From Podarcis muralis (Eukaryota): a DNA stretch of 64,000 nucleotides. Made by a program: the position numbers and the translations under genes. The DNA is taken from the NCBI RefSeq assembly GCF_964188315.1, contig NC_135667.1:12028001-12092000 (forward strand), in the 5' to 3' direction. Each line of letters begins with the position of its first letter. Positions within the stretch are counted from its first letter, which is position 1. The notes under the pieces are model-generated. The model ran no database searches. It was not told where the DNA came from and was given only the letters and a program-made list of their open reading frames with translations. Shown here piece by piece: positions 35,101 through 47,200 of the stretch.

Positions 35101-38100
35101 GGTCCAGAGCCTCAGAATATCATAGGCAGCAATAGGAGTGAACTACTGATCTACTTGTGGATTTTTAGTAGGCATCTGATTGGCTACTGTGCAATCTGGG
35201 ATGCTGATTTCCATGTGCCTCTGTTCGGATGCAGCAGGGATCTTTTTACGCACAAGAAGCCAGGGAATACTTAGGAACAAATTTAGGATTAAGCCCACTC
35301 CACATGTTGCAAATCCCAAACTGATCCCAACCTTTTGATAATTTGCAAAAACGAGATAGCTAATTGTAAATGTTTGAAATAACATACAACTTCACCATTA
35401 GTTATACCCTTCTGGAATGACGAGCTAATCAAATCCACAATGATATTAGCTGGAGAAAAGCTAAACTCGTAAAATGGATGATAAACCAACATAACATGCA
35501 AATTTGACAGAGAGAAACAATAATATAAGACAGACACAGTTATACCAATAGATAAAGTGAGTTCTCTTGTTTTCACCTGTTCAAACGGTTACCTGCCATG
35601 GATGGTGATTCAGAAGCTTCCAGTTACTTCCACCCACCATTGGTCTGTGTTTAACTTGGGATGAATGCATGGCATGCAAAGCATGGGCCAAAGCATAGAC
35701 AGCATTGTAGATGCTATAGCTGTTGCCACTCACGTTTGGGTCAAAAAGAGGCTCAGAAAGACTCTCCTGCTTCTCGTTTCCAGTGCATGCTTCCATATCT
35801 TGATCACCTATATCAGAGTCGGGGAGAATGCATTTGAATGCATATTGCCAGACATCCCTGATAAAGCCATCTTCTGAGTCTATAACTGGATTTCTCATCT
35901 GAAGGAATTTCTGGAATCCTAACAACTCTTGGGAATGAACTGCAAAGGATAAAGAGCCATCAATGAAGTTTACGTTCCATCTACTTTGATGTCCAACTGA
36001 TGAGAAGTCCATCTGGGCTACCATAATAAAGACTTGACCACTTAACTTCACTGGTATATTCAATTCAAATATGTGAAGTAGTGTTGTCAACATGATAATA
36101 TTCTTAACATCACCATGCAAGACAAACACATTGGCAGTGCTTTCTATTATGACTTTCTCAGCCTCGTTCACCTTATCCTTCATTTTTGGAATCCCACTGG
36201 AAAAGGATAGGTTGGGGAATCTTACTATGAAGTCAAAGCAGATCCCATTCAGGGAAAAGAGGGGAAGTATGACATTTACAAATCTTTCTCCAGTCTCATC
36301 ATCCTGAGAGCAAATCACTCCAATCCACGTCCAGCTAAAAAACAGCAGCAACTGGAGGATTCCCCTATATTGATGGTTTTCATTTGGAAACATCCGGTGG
36401 AAGAAAACAGCTGCAGTTACATCATTAATTTCTGGAGTAGCACCATAGGTAAGCTAAGTAAAAGAAAAAGTGTGGACGAGAAGGAGAGCATGTGCATTTA
36501 TTTCCACATTAAATTATACAGATATGTTTTCATGATACCAGGTGAAAGCAGTCAAAATTGGGTGCATTTTTACCAGAATAACCATTACAATGATACCAGT
36601 TCATGCACTGATTAAAAAGTCATGCATATGATTTTACTTTATTGAAACAGATTCCACAACAAAAGTTCTACTATGGAGAACACAAAGATGGACCATTGCA
36701 GGACATGTAACCACCAGGAGGACCCCTGACCATTAGGTCCAGTTGTGACCTACTCTGGGGTTGCGATGCTCATCTCGCTTTATTGGCCGAGGGAGCCGGC
36801 ATACAGCTTCCGGGTCATGTGGCCAGCATGACTAAGCCGCTTCTGGCGAACCAGAGCAGCGCACGGAAACGCCATTTACCTTCCCGCCGGAGCAGTACCT
36901 ATTTATCTACTTGCACTTTGACGTGCTTTTGAACTGCTAGGTTGGCAGGAGCAGGGACCGAGCAACGGGAGCTCACCCCGTCGCAGGGTTTCGAACAGCC
37001 GACCTTCTGATCGGCAAGCCCTAGTCTCTGTGGTTTAACCCACAGTGCCACCCCTGTCCCTGCTAACCACCAGGAGAGGCTCCTCCAAATAGATTAGTGA
37101 ATGGGAAAGTTCATATGACAGTAAGATGACCCAAGGTTGTAGAAAGAACTGTTTGACCATTGTTAAACAGTAGCATATGTATACAGGATATTTTTTAAAT
37201 AAAAAAATCATATGAATCAATAAACCTTTCCCCCTATTTCATGATTAACTGCAGCATGCAAGTTATGCCTTTCTGCAGAGCTTTCCAAACTGTGTGTCAC
37301 AACAGGTTAGTGAGTTGGCTGCACCGCGTAGGTGTGTTGCATGATATGTGTCCATACCTCTTTTAAGGGTTTGGCTTTACCTCCGGTTTGCTAGTAAAAC
37401 TGAATTACTGTGTCACAGAATGATGACATTTCCAATGTGGAAAGTTTACAAAGCTCTGCCTTTCTGTTTTGATAATGCAATTTTATATCCACAAACCACA
37501 AAAAGGAGATGTATGATTCATGGGCATATCTTACCTGGGGAATCTTGTAAATGCACAGGTTTGCTGCCATGTCAACACCAACATCAGAGCTAGGGCCCCC
37601 AATGACTGCTACGGGATTGTACTGGGTGTCACACTTGAAGTTAGGGATGCATTTTCCATGTGCAGAAAGAAGTTGCATTGAGGCATGATAAGTCCAGCTT
37701 GAACTGAAATAGCTATTGTAGATGTGGAATCCCAGGGTTATATTAGATAAGAGCTGTGGATTGTCATTAATCTCTGTTATTGCAAATACCAAGGCTACAA
37801 TGTTCTGGTAGCTTTGAGGCAATGCCCTGGAAAGAATTTACAGGGTGCATCATAGCTAATCTACTTCAAAAAAAGGTATACAAAAGTATAATAATAATAA
37901 TAATTTATTATTTATACCCCAGCCACTCTGGGCGGCTTCCAACAAAATATTAAAATACAATAGTCCGTCAAACATTAAAAGCTTCCCTAAACAGGGCTGC
38001 CTTCAGATGTCTTCTAAAAGTCTGGTAGTTGTTTATTTCCTTGACATCTGGTGGGAGGGCATTCCACAGGGTGGGTGCCACTACCGAGAAGGCCCTCTGC

Positions 38101-38756
38101 CTGGTTCCCTGTAACCTGGCTTCTCGCAGCGAGAGAACTGCCAGAAGTAGGTTTCGTATGTATTTAATTTAAATTATGTACTGCACAAAATTATACTACC
38201 ACATTTAATAGAAGTGTGAAGACACAGTTATAAGTTATATAAAACAGTATATGGACTGAAACAGATAATTTGAATTTTGAATTTTCCGGAATTTTACAGC
38301 GTACTCCTCCAGGCAATAATGTGCATAAAAATGCACCTACCAGCATAAACTGTGCATACTAGTGCATTAAAATTGGGGTAGTATCCTCTGAATCTAATAT
38401 ACCAATGTTTAATTGAGAGCATAACACACTAATAAACCATAGATAATCTATAAAGATATATATTTGGTTTTTCAAAAATGAATGAATGAGAGAAAATGAG
38501 GTTCTTACAAATAATCATTAAAGAGTTCATCAAAAGGATGTTGTTCAAAGGTTATTTCAAAAGAAAACATGTAGAACTGAGAAATGATGCCTGCAATGAT
38601 GAAGTCTCCTGGCTGATAATACTTGTGACGAACAGAAAGAGGGTAGTCGATGTTGCATTTATTAACAGGAGTATTGCATGACATCTGAGGCAGCAAAACT
38701 GATAGCCACACAAAGAACAGTATCTTCACCCATGAAAATGTCTTAATGAATTTCAT
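29177..38756 (-). CDS. V2R-4: complete vomeronasal type-2 receptor (about 884 aa), close paralog of V2R-3
   Basis: Exons 38756-38509, 37826-37535, 36453-35593, 34736-34509, 32848-32722 and 30075-29177. They sum to 2655 nt in frame with canonical splice sites. The ORF-track start at 38783 is a TTG, so the first ATG is 38756. Confidence 0.93.
30225..30549 (+). mobile_element. Rex1/Babar-like LINE 3' fragment
   Basis: Translation [29 protein letters not shown] matches the recalled Rex1/Babar C-terminus. It is followed by a (GTAGTTTTTAT)-like repeat and AATAAA. Confidence 0.65.
31139..31994 (-). mobile_element. Young GC-rich insertion, LTR-like or DIRS/Ngaro-like (unclassified)
   Basis: It is absent from the paralogous intron of V2R-3 (about 18675). 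The minus strand reads TG...CA with AATAAA about 95 bp before the end. It contains an 11-bp inverted repeat TTTGCGTGGAC and a 27-bp tandem duplication at 31645-31698. No TSD of 4 bp or more is visible. Confidence 0.6.
32227..32361. mobile_element. Short hAT-type MITE
   Basis: 8-bp TSD AG(C/T)ATAAT. The empty site is in the V2R-3 paralog near 18870. Confidence 0.65.
32436..32602. mobile_element. Short MITE with (GG)...ATCTACACT termini (possibly PIF/Harbinger)
   Basis: Imperfect 15-bp TIRs and a 3-bp TSD TAG. The empty site is in the V2R-3 paralog near 18940. Confidence 0.55.
33286..33510. mobile_element. Tc1/mariner (Tigger-like) MITE
   Basis: TIRs similar to CAGTGGTACCTCGGGTTA, with TA TSDs. 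Confidence 0.78.
36721..37060 (-). mobile_element. Sauria SINE in intron 2 of V2R-4
   Basis: Sauria SINE body with the 13-bp TSD TAACCACCAGGAG. The empty site is in V2R-3 near 23398. Confidence 0.92.
37891..38147 (-). mobile_element. L2 LINE 3' fragment
   Basis: Near-identical to the 3' end of the L2 at about 20510-20780, with a (TAA)n tail. Confidence 0.85.
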
Positions 38757-41169
38757 TTTCTCTATTTCTATATCAACATTCAAATGTACTTGAGCAGCAC
38801 AGTCTGATTTGAATGGAGATCCATTGGACTTATTGCGATGAAGGCTTATTCAGTGAAAATTACCAGGGATAATCAGTCTTACCAAATGTTGATTCTCACG
38901 AGCCCCGGTTCTTCATGGAAAAGTTATATCCTGCTAGTTGTTTTCCTGTGGTTATCAGAGGTCCGCTGAGATTTCAAGATGAAGTAGAAATAATTGTGAC
39001 CAATTTGATAATTACAGAGCAGATAATTATCGGAGATTTGCAGGTTCTCTGAGACATTGCAGAGGAAAACACCCAGGTGGAGGTTGCCTCATGTTCTGCT
39101 CATTGGGGCATACAGAACCTTGTGTGGCTAACTCCCCCCCTCCCCAGATTGACCAAAACCAGAACATTGTTTGCAATGCATTTTGGGAAAGTTAAGGTTT
39201 TGGAGGCAAAAATCCCATTCAGCAGGAGGCTGAGGCAATGGTGTCCTTCTCGCCACCGCATGTATCTCAGGTAGCACACGCCTAGAATTCCATGTAATTG
39301 TGCCAGGCCTACTGTTTGCATATGTAGAATTACAGCTATCAAAGTGTTGAATGCAATCATCTCATTCCTGTAACTTCCATCAGTGCCCATGCAGACATAG
39401 GGTGGATTCACACATGAGGCTTGTTGCATTAGCTTACTGACTAATGCCAGTACCAATTTATAACATCCTTTTAACAATGCAGTGTCTGGGTTTTGACCAT
39501 TATAGCTCCATTCCCGCCCCCAATGTCATTCACACAACAGCACCACATTTCTGAGTATCTGTTTTCTCTCTTTTCCTCAGTTTGACATTCAGGTTTTTCT
39601 CCTCCTCCCTGGAATTGCCTTCTCCTTAATGTTTCTAACTGCCCTGTTCTCCCCGTTTGCTGTGGCAGCACAGCTTGGTAGTCCTCATTGTCCCTTCTGC
39701 TCTACACCCTTGATCTGCCCTCCTCCAAACACTCTCTTGCCACACCCTGTTTTCCTACTGCCTGGGTGTTCTCTCTCACTCGCACCTACTTTCCATGCTG
39801 TCTCACTTGCTTCTCTTCTTTTTTTCTTTTTTCAAAAGCTGTTTCACCTTTCCTGATTATCTTTCCCCTCTTGCTTTTTCAATGTCTTCTTAGCCCCCCA
39901 GGTCCACTGGGCTGTGTTATTGGTTGTATGTGTTGCACCTACACCTCAGTGGCCTTGGCTGGAGTCCTCAAGGGTAGGGATGGTAGCCACTGAACACTCA
40001 AGCCAATAGACTGTCAGCTTGCTCCAACTAGGAAAGAAAAAAAGGCTCCAGGAACAAAGCATGGAGGAAGGATGTGTTGAAGGATCCTCCATTCAAAGGT
40101 TGCTTCAGAACAGAAATCACATAAACTTGCAGTGTAAAACTCACACGATTTCCCCAGTTTAAAAGAAGTTTGTTTGTATTCTGGGAGCAAATAGCACAGA
40201 AATGGGCACCAAACTTGTGCTTTATTCTGCTAGGTTTTGGGAAGTGGTTTTTACATTACACTGACCGTGTTGCCTATGGCTGTTCCACAAGTGCTCCATT
40301 CACGCTCTAAGCATAAAACAATATATAATAATTATCAATAACACAAGTGGAACCAGCAACAATTAAAAGCCACTTGGCTTGCTGGGCGGGGGAAAGAAAT
40401 GAGAGATCTCAGCAGGAATCTAACACAGCATAGTGAGTATCCTTGCCTTATGTTACTAATGAAATTGATAGAATTTCATAGTATATTAACTAACCCATTG
40501 TGGCAGATAACATCTGGCAGGGAGGGGACTGCCAGCTGAGCTCTGATGGTTCAGGACATCTGAATGTGGCAGTGAGGCTGCTGCTTTAAAATCCACCATG
40601 GTAAACCTATAAGCCAGCTGCAAATGTTTGCTCCAACTAGGAAAGAAACAAAAGCTTGCATGAAAAAACTATGGGGAAAGGACCTGTGCAAATGTTGCTT
40701 CAGAGCAGCCATAACAGAAATTTGCAATTCAAAACACATGATTTTCTAGTATGGAAAAATATATATATTATTTTTTTCTGGAAGCAAATACCAAAGAATT
40801 GGGCACCAGAAATGGGCACTTGTGCTGTGTTAGATTTTTTGGAACTGGTTTTCACGTTATGTGAAAGCTCAAATATAACATAGAAATGAACAGTAAGGGA
40901 ATCATTGGGGGGAAAGTTCACTTTAGTTTTTTTATATTGCAGGATCCATGGAACTCCCGGCTACAAAAGCTCACAGCTTTGGCTGCCATCTATTCCCTTT
41001 TAAAACTTACTTTAAAGCTTCCTAACAGTTCCCCATAATAGCTGTAGACACCAACATTGGGACAGAATGAACTAATAACTAAGATTCTTAAAGGGATATA
41101 TTATACGTTAAGGGAATACTAATATTTATTACATTCAGTGTTGTACATCTGATTTTTGAAATGTTGTTT

Positions 41170-41213
<44 letters not shown>

Positions 41214-41950
41214 TTTTATTTATACCCCGCCCTCCCCAGCCAAGGCCGGGCTCAGGGCGGCTAACAAGCAATAATAAAAACAAGTTGAATGACTACAACT
41301 TAAAAACAAAATTAAAATACAACATTAAAATATTGAAACATTAAAATATTAAAATGTAGCCTCATCGCATAAGGAGAAAGGAAAAGAAAAAGAAAAAGAA
41401 AAAGAAAGAGGGGGAGGGACTCAAATTGGCTCCAAGCCAGAGGCCAGGCGGAGCAACTCAGGCCCTGCAGAAAGAAATCAGATCCTGCAGGGCCCTGGTC
41501 TCATGAGGCAGAGCATTCCACCAGGTCGGAGCCGGTGTTGAGAAGGCCCTGGCTCTGGTTGAGGCTAATCTAACTTCCTTAGGGCTTGGGACCACTAGGG
41601 TGTTGCTATTTATGAACCTTGAGGCTCTCCGTGGGGCATACCGGGAGAGGCGGTCCCATAGGTACGAGGGTCCTAGGCCATGAAGGGCTTTAAAGGTCAA
41701 AACCAGCACCTTAAATCTGACCCTGTACTCTACCGGAAGCCAGTACAGCTGCAAAAGCACTGGGTGAATATGCTGCCATGGCAGAGACCCCGTGAGGAGC
41801 CTTGCTGCAGCATTCTGCACCCGCTGGAGTTTCTGGGTCAGCTTCAAGGGCAGCCCTGCGTAGAGCGAATTACAGTAGTTAAGCCTGGAGGTGACCATCA
41901 CATGGATCACTGTGGCCAGGTCGGGGCGGGAAAGGTAAGGGACCAACTCC
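41170..41950 (-). mobile_element. L2 LINE 3' fragment (second subfamily)
   Basis: ORF VTSRLNYCNSLYAGLP...[16 protein letters not shown]...WNALP, followed by a (TTA)n tail at 41170-41212. Confidence 0.88.
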
Positions 41951-44240
41951 TGTTTGCAAGAGGTGTGATGCTATTAATGTCATATTGCTATATTTCTTAC
42001 ACTAAACCATTCCTTTTTCTATGTCGTTGTATTTGCTATTTTGTTGTTCTTTTATTATGAAATTGTTCTTGACGTTGTTGATTTTGAGATGTGTTCCTGT
42101 ATTCTTGTTGTTAGCTACTTGGAGTAAGATTCTTTTAGTGGAAGTGCAGGGTACAAATAAAATTATGATTCAAAGATTGACCTTTACTTTCAGTCTTCCC
42201 AGGACACATGTTAAGGTAACCAGTCTATAGTTTCTGGGGCCCTAAGGTCCAATGTGAAGCCAGACTCATCTTAAGTGAACTTGCAAGTTTCTGCAATACA
42301 GTACTGGGCAGGGAATGAATAGTCTCTGGCAGACATTATAAGATGGGCAACATCTGTCATGGGAAGAGGGGGAGGGTCAGCTGGGATGATGAGTTGCTCC
42401 TTGCTCTCTGGGTATCTCTTTCCAAATGAACAGAGGTCCAACAGAGAAGATGCAGGAGAGAAAAGTTAATAAAGGTCCCACAACGGGGAGAAAAGAGGTT
42501 CATGGGGATTTATGGAATACCAACCCCCCCCCCTTTTGTTGTTTGAGGATTGTTTGTTAATTTAAATATTCTAAAAATAAATAAATTTATTTAAACAAAC
42601 CCCACAACAACAAAAAATGAATAGAAGTCAGAACTGTAGATAATACAAACTTAGGGCTGGTTTTCAAAGACTTTTAACTCCCTCAACACACATCATTTTT
42701 TCAAGGGGAGTTCTGACATCATCATATTAATCTGTCAGTTTGTGAATACCAGTGAGACCTGCACAGAGCAAGCTGAGTAACTTCACTTTCAAATATAATG
42801 CATCTAGCATGGTATTTGCTCAAAGGTCCCTGCTTGTACAATGTTGAGAATATAAATATCATCTGCTCCCAACTACTATAGTTACATCCACTTACTTTCC
42901 TGCTACAAATTGCACTATCTGGGACCATTGATTCCCATAACACCATTGGATGATCACATGAGCTGGATGATTGCAGCTGTCACATCTAAGTGCCTGTAAA
43001 TCTCAATGATATTATTATCCTCCCTGTAATTACGAAATTAAGCATGGAAGCTTCTTTTCCACATATCAAAGGATTTGCAAATATGAGTTGCATTATTATC
43101 AATGAAGATAGGAGGGTGCTGTGAATATTGCCGGTACAATTCCAAGGTGTAACAAGAGATAGTCAGAGCTTGGTCAGGCTGATAACAGATGCTTCACACT
43201 GCACAATCTGACTCATAAATCAGTGTAGTGTTGACTTAAGATAAGCTGATCAACACACAAAGGACTTACTGAAAGATAATGTGGGGACAGGAGAATTTAG
43301 GTAGAAGAGGAATTATTTCCTGCAAGATAGTTGGATTTGTACTATTCCCATCAGTGCTTCTACTTCAGGTGATGTGCACGATTCCTAACACTAAGTGCAG
43401 CATCTGCAGCCCCCTTCCTTTTCTTCACAAGTATTACCAACCAGGAGACCTCATCGTTGCTGCTATTATGTCTCAGATCTCCATACTATTCAACTCAATA
43501 GACTTTGATAAATGTCCTTCTACTGACCTCTTTGACGATATTGTGTAAGATTTGTTTTGTAAAAACCTCTGGTACCATGTGTTATATTAATATCAGCTTT
43601 CTCTGTCTTTGTCAAATAGTTGCATCATGCCCATATTAATCATCATCTGTTATCTTTTTAGTTACAGCAGCCATGAATCTAATATCAGCAACTTTAGGAG
43701 CATTTCAACCCAGTATCTGCCAGTATGTGCAGAGTTTGGGAAAGACAGGTCTTGGGCTAAGCCACATTCTTATCTGTACCTCGGAACTCAGTTTGGTGGG
43801 GTACAAATCACTCAAGTAAGCCTTAAATGTCATTGCACTGCAATACCTAAAAAACTGTCATGCCCCACATGAACTAACTGAGACCATACAATCATCATCT
43901 GAGGCCTTTCATTGTGTGCCCCCTTCACAAGAGTTTCAGGGCCTTTTTCTGCAGTGGCCCCTCTTTGTAGAATACGCTGCTAATGGAGGCTCACCTCGTG
44001 TCTTGGTTACATTTCTTCAGGAGCCTTATGTATTTCTGTGTTTTTATGTTTTAAAGTGCCCTATGATCCTTGGATGAACACCTGTATAGAAATTTAATTT
44101 TAAAATAACTAGAAATAAACACCATGGTTTAGAGCTGGATCCTGTGCATGTTAATATTCCTCCAGATTTACCTGAATTCAGATTGATCAGTAAGATATTA
44201 TTGTTGCAGCTGAGTTGTAGCAATTTTCCAATCCAGAAGG
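41950..44240 (+). repeat. Direct duplication of the V2R 5' flank + exon 1 + intron 1, paralogous to 51292-53628
   Basis: Near-identical sequence by visual alignment. Confidence 0.92.
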
Positions 44241-47200
44241 CACTGTGTTACAGCATGTAACTCTCATTTCAGGGTTATGACACAGCTCTACCAACATATC
44301 CTAGCATTAGTATTTGCTGTAAAAGAGATCAATGCAAACCTCCAAATCTTACCCAACCTCACCCTGGGCTTCCACATCTATAACAGCCATTTCAGTGCAA
44401 GGTGGACCTATCGTTCCTCCTTGGAACTCCTCTCTACATACAGCAGATTCATCCCCAACTACAAATGTGACACCCAGAATGAACTAGCAGCAGTCATTGG
44501 AGGTCCGAACTCTGAGGTGTGTCTTCATATGGCAAGTATACTGAGCAACTACAGAATTTCACAGGTACGTCTCCATACCATTGGGTCTTCTTTTCAGGCA
44601 AAAACCTAGCACTTTGCAGGTGCCGATGATCAGTTGGCCCTTCACAACTGTTACTGTGTTGATTCTTTGTCAGTTCTTTTTCATTTGCTTTCCCCCCTTG
44701 TTGCTTAATATAGAATGTTATTAACTGCCGTGGAACAAATGATGAACTGGATAGATATCTTAATACAAATAATTGAAATAAGCTGGGTGAGGGGCTACAG
44801 GAAGGTGTCCTGCAGATGTTATTGAAATCCAACTTTCACCAGCCCCAGGAAGCAAGGGCGACCTACTCATAAATTATGGGAGTTCTCATCCTACAATGGA
44901 AGATTGTGGAAGCCCTGTTTCACCAGTGTAATGTAAGACATGGCTTTTCAATGTTTAGAGGATTGCTCAGTGTATCTGCACCTTTGAATTCTTTCAAGTT
45001 TCAGAAAAAAACAAACAAACTCCCATGTCAGCAGCACTTCCTCAAAACAAAATCTAAAATATAGAATGTATTTTAACCTCAGTCAATACAAGTTAAAAAA
45101 AGAAAACCACTGCAAACTTAAACAAAATTTCTCATCTCCTCATTTCCTATCTTTGATTTAGCTCATCTATGGTCCTGCTCCAATGAGAAATATTAAAACT
45201 GAAGTTGCTTTCCTTAACCAAATGTTCCCAAGTATAGACCATCAATATGAAGGGATTCTCAAGTTACTGCTACACTTCGGATGGCTCTGGACTGGTGTGG
45301 TGATTGTGAATGATGAGAATGGAGAGAGGTTTCTACAGAGCGTGGTTCCAAAATTTATTCTGAGAGGAATCTGCTTTGATTTCATCGGAAGATTTCCATC
45401 AATTTCTTATTCTGATGGTGTTACGGACTTGGTTGCAGATGGGCTCAAGACATTTAATGTTGCCATGAGAAGTACTGTTAATGTGTTGATCATTCATGGA
45501 GAAATTGATTCCATGACACTTTTGAGAATGCTTCCTGTTATGTCAGAATATGAAGATATACCAATAAAGGCTAAAGGGAAAGTTTGGGTTATGACAGTAC
45601 AGATGGATTTCACATCACTTCCCTTTCAGAGGGATCAGGACATAGACTTCCTCCATGGTACTCTATCCTTCACAATTCACTCAGAGGAGGTCTTGGGATT
45701 CCAGGAATTTGTTCAGATGAGAAATCCCATCTTGGAAAAAGAAGACGGCTTTATGAGGATATACTGGGAAAAGGCATTTCAGTGTCATTTCCCTGACTCT
45801 GAGGGAAATATGCAGGATGGAGATATTTGCACTGGGGAGGAGAAGCTGGAGACTCTTCTTGGCTCTGTTTTTCCAACAAGCATGACTGGCCACAGCTATA
45901 GCATCTACAATGCAGTCTATGCTGTGGCACATGCTGTGCATGCCATGCAGTCATCTAAGTTGAAGCGCAGAGAGGGTGAAGGACGGCTGAAGCTTTGGAA
46001 TCAACAGATGTGGAAGGTAATATCATGAGCACAATAATGCAGGAATGCTCACCGTAGCCTTGGAAATAACATTAAAAAGGAATAATCCAGAGTGTCTGTA
46101 AAGTTGCTGTTTCTACTAAGGGTGGTTAGCATCTCAAGACCAAATTACATGTGACATTGAAATCCTAGCTCACTGTTGTGTGAATCTGTTCTAGGGACCA
46201 CCCTCAGGACTGTGACTGACTCATACTGAATGCGGTTAGCCCTTTCATCTTTCTAATAGGAGATTACACCAGAAGTTTCCATTTAAGGCCAAATGGCAGC
46301 TTCTTCAGAAGGATTTCTCTCTCTCTCTTCCCCTCTCTCTCCCTCTCTCTCTCTTTCTCTCTTTCTCTCATTGTTCTTCATGAAAAGATCTTATTTTAAA
46401 AAACTGTAATCAAATGCCCATATGTATGCCAAGAAAGAGAGTATACAGGAGGTAATTGTTCTGCATTCACTTACTTAAGGCCATAAGAAGATATTGCTGG
46501 ACCAGGACATTGGACCATCTAGACCAGCATCCTCTTTCATCAAAAGAAGAAGATGATGGTGATGAAGTGCTCAGTGACTTCTATTACATCCATTACTGGT
46601 CTTTATGAATCTTTTGAAGGGCCCATTGCTCATATCCCTCAAGAAGGAAAGTTCATCATCAACCTGTTATATTTGCTTATGAAATACCCACCTTTTCCAG
46701 TCATTCCCCCTGCCCAATTTAGCTCAGTCGCTTGGTGAGAAATAGTTTCTTTAATAATAGTGCTGGGGAAAATGTTTATTTCAACCAACATGGAGAAGTA
46801 GAGGCTGCATATAATATCATAAACTGGGTGACATTCCTAAACCTGTCCATTCTTAGAGTGAGAGTTGAAGGAGTAGACCCATGGGAACCCCTGGGCAAAG
46901 AGTTCACCATTCATGAGAATACCATTGTATGACCCAGCAGGTTTAACAAGGTTTGATTCCAGACACATTTTTGCAGGCCATTTTGCAAAAGAAGTGTCAT
47001 GGAAATACTTCTGTCTCTAGTCCTAAGGCAGGGATGGGGAACCTTCAGCCTTCCAGATGTTTCTGAACTGCAACACCCATATTCCCAGCAAACATAGCCA
47101 ATACCTGTAGGTCCCGCACTCTACAACTACAATGTCTCCATAGAAGTCTCTGTGGTTGCACATGCTTTGCATGCCATGCACCCATCTAGACTCAAACACA

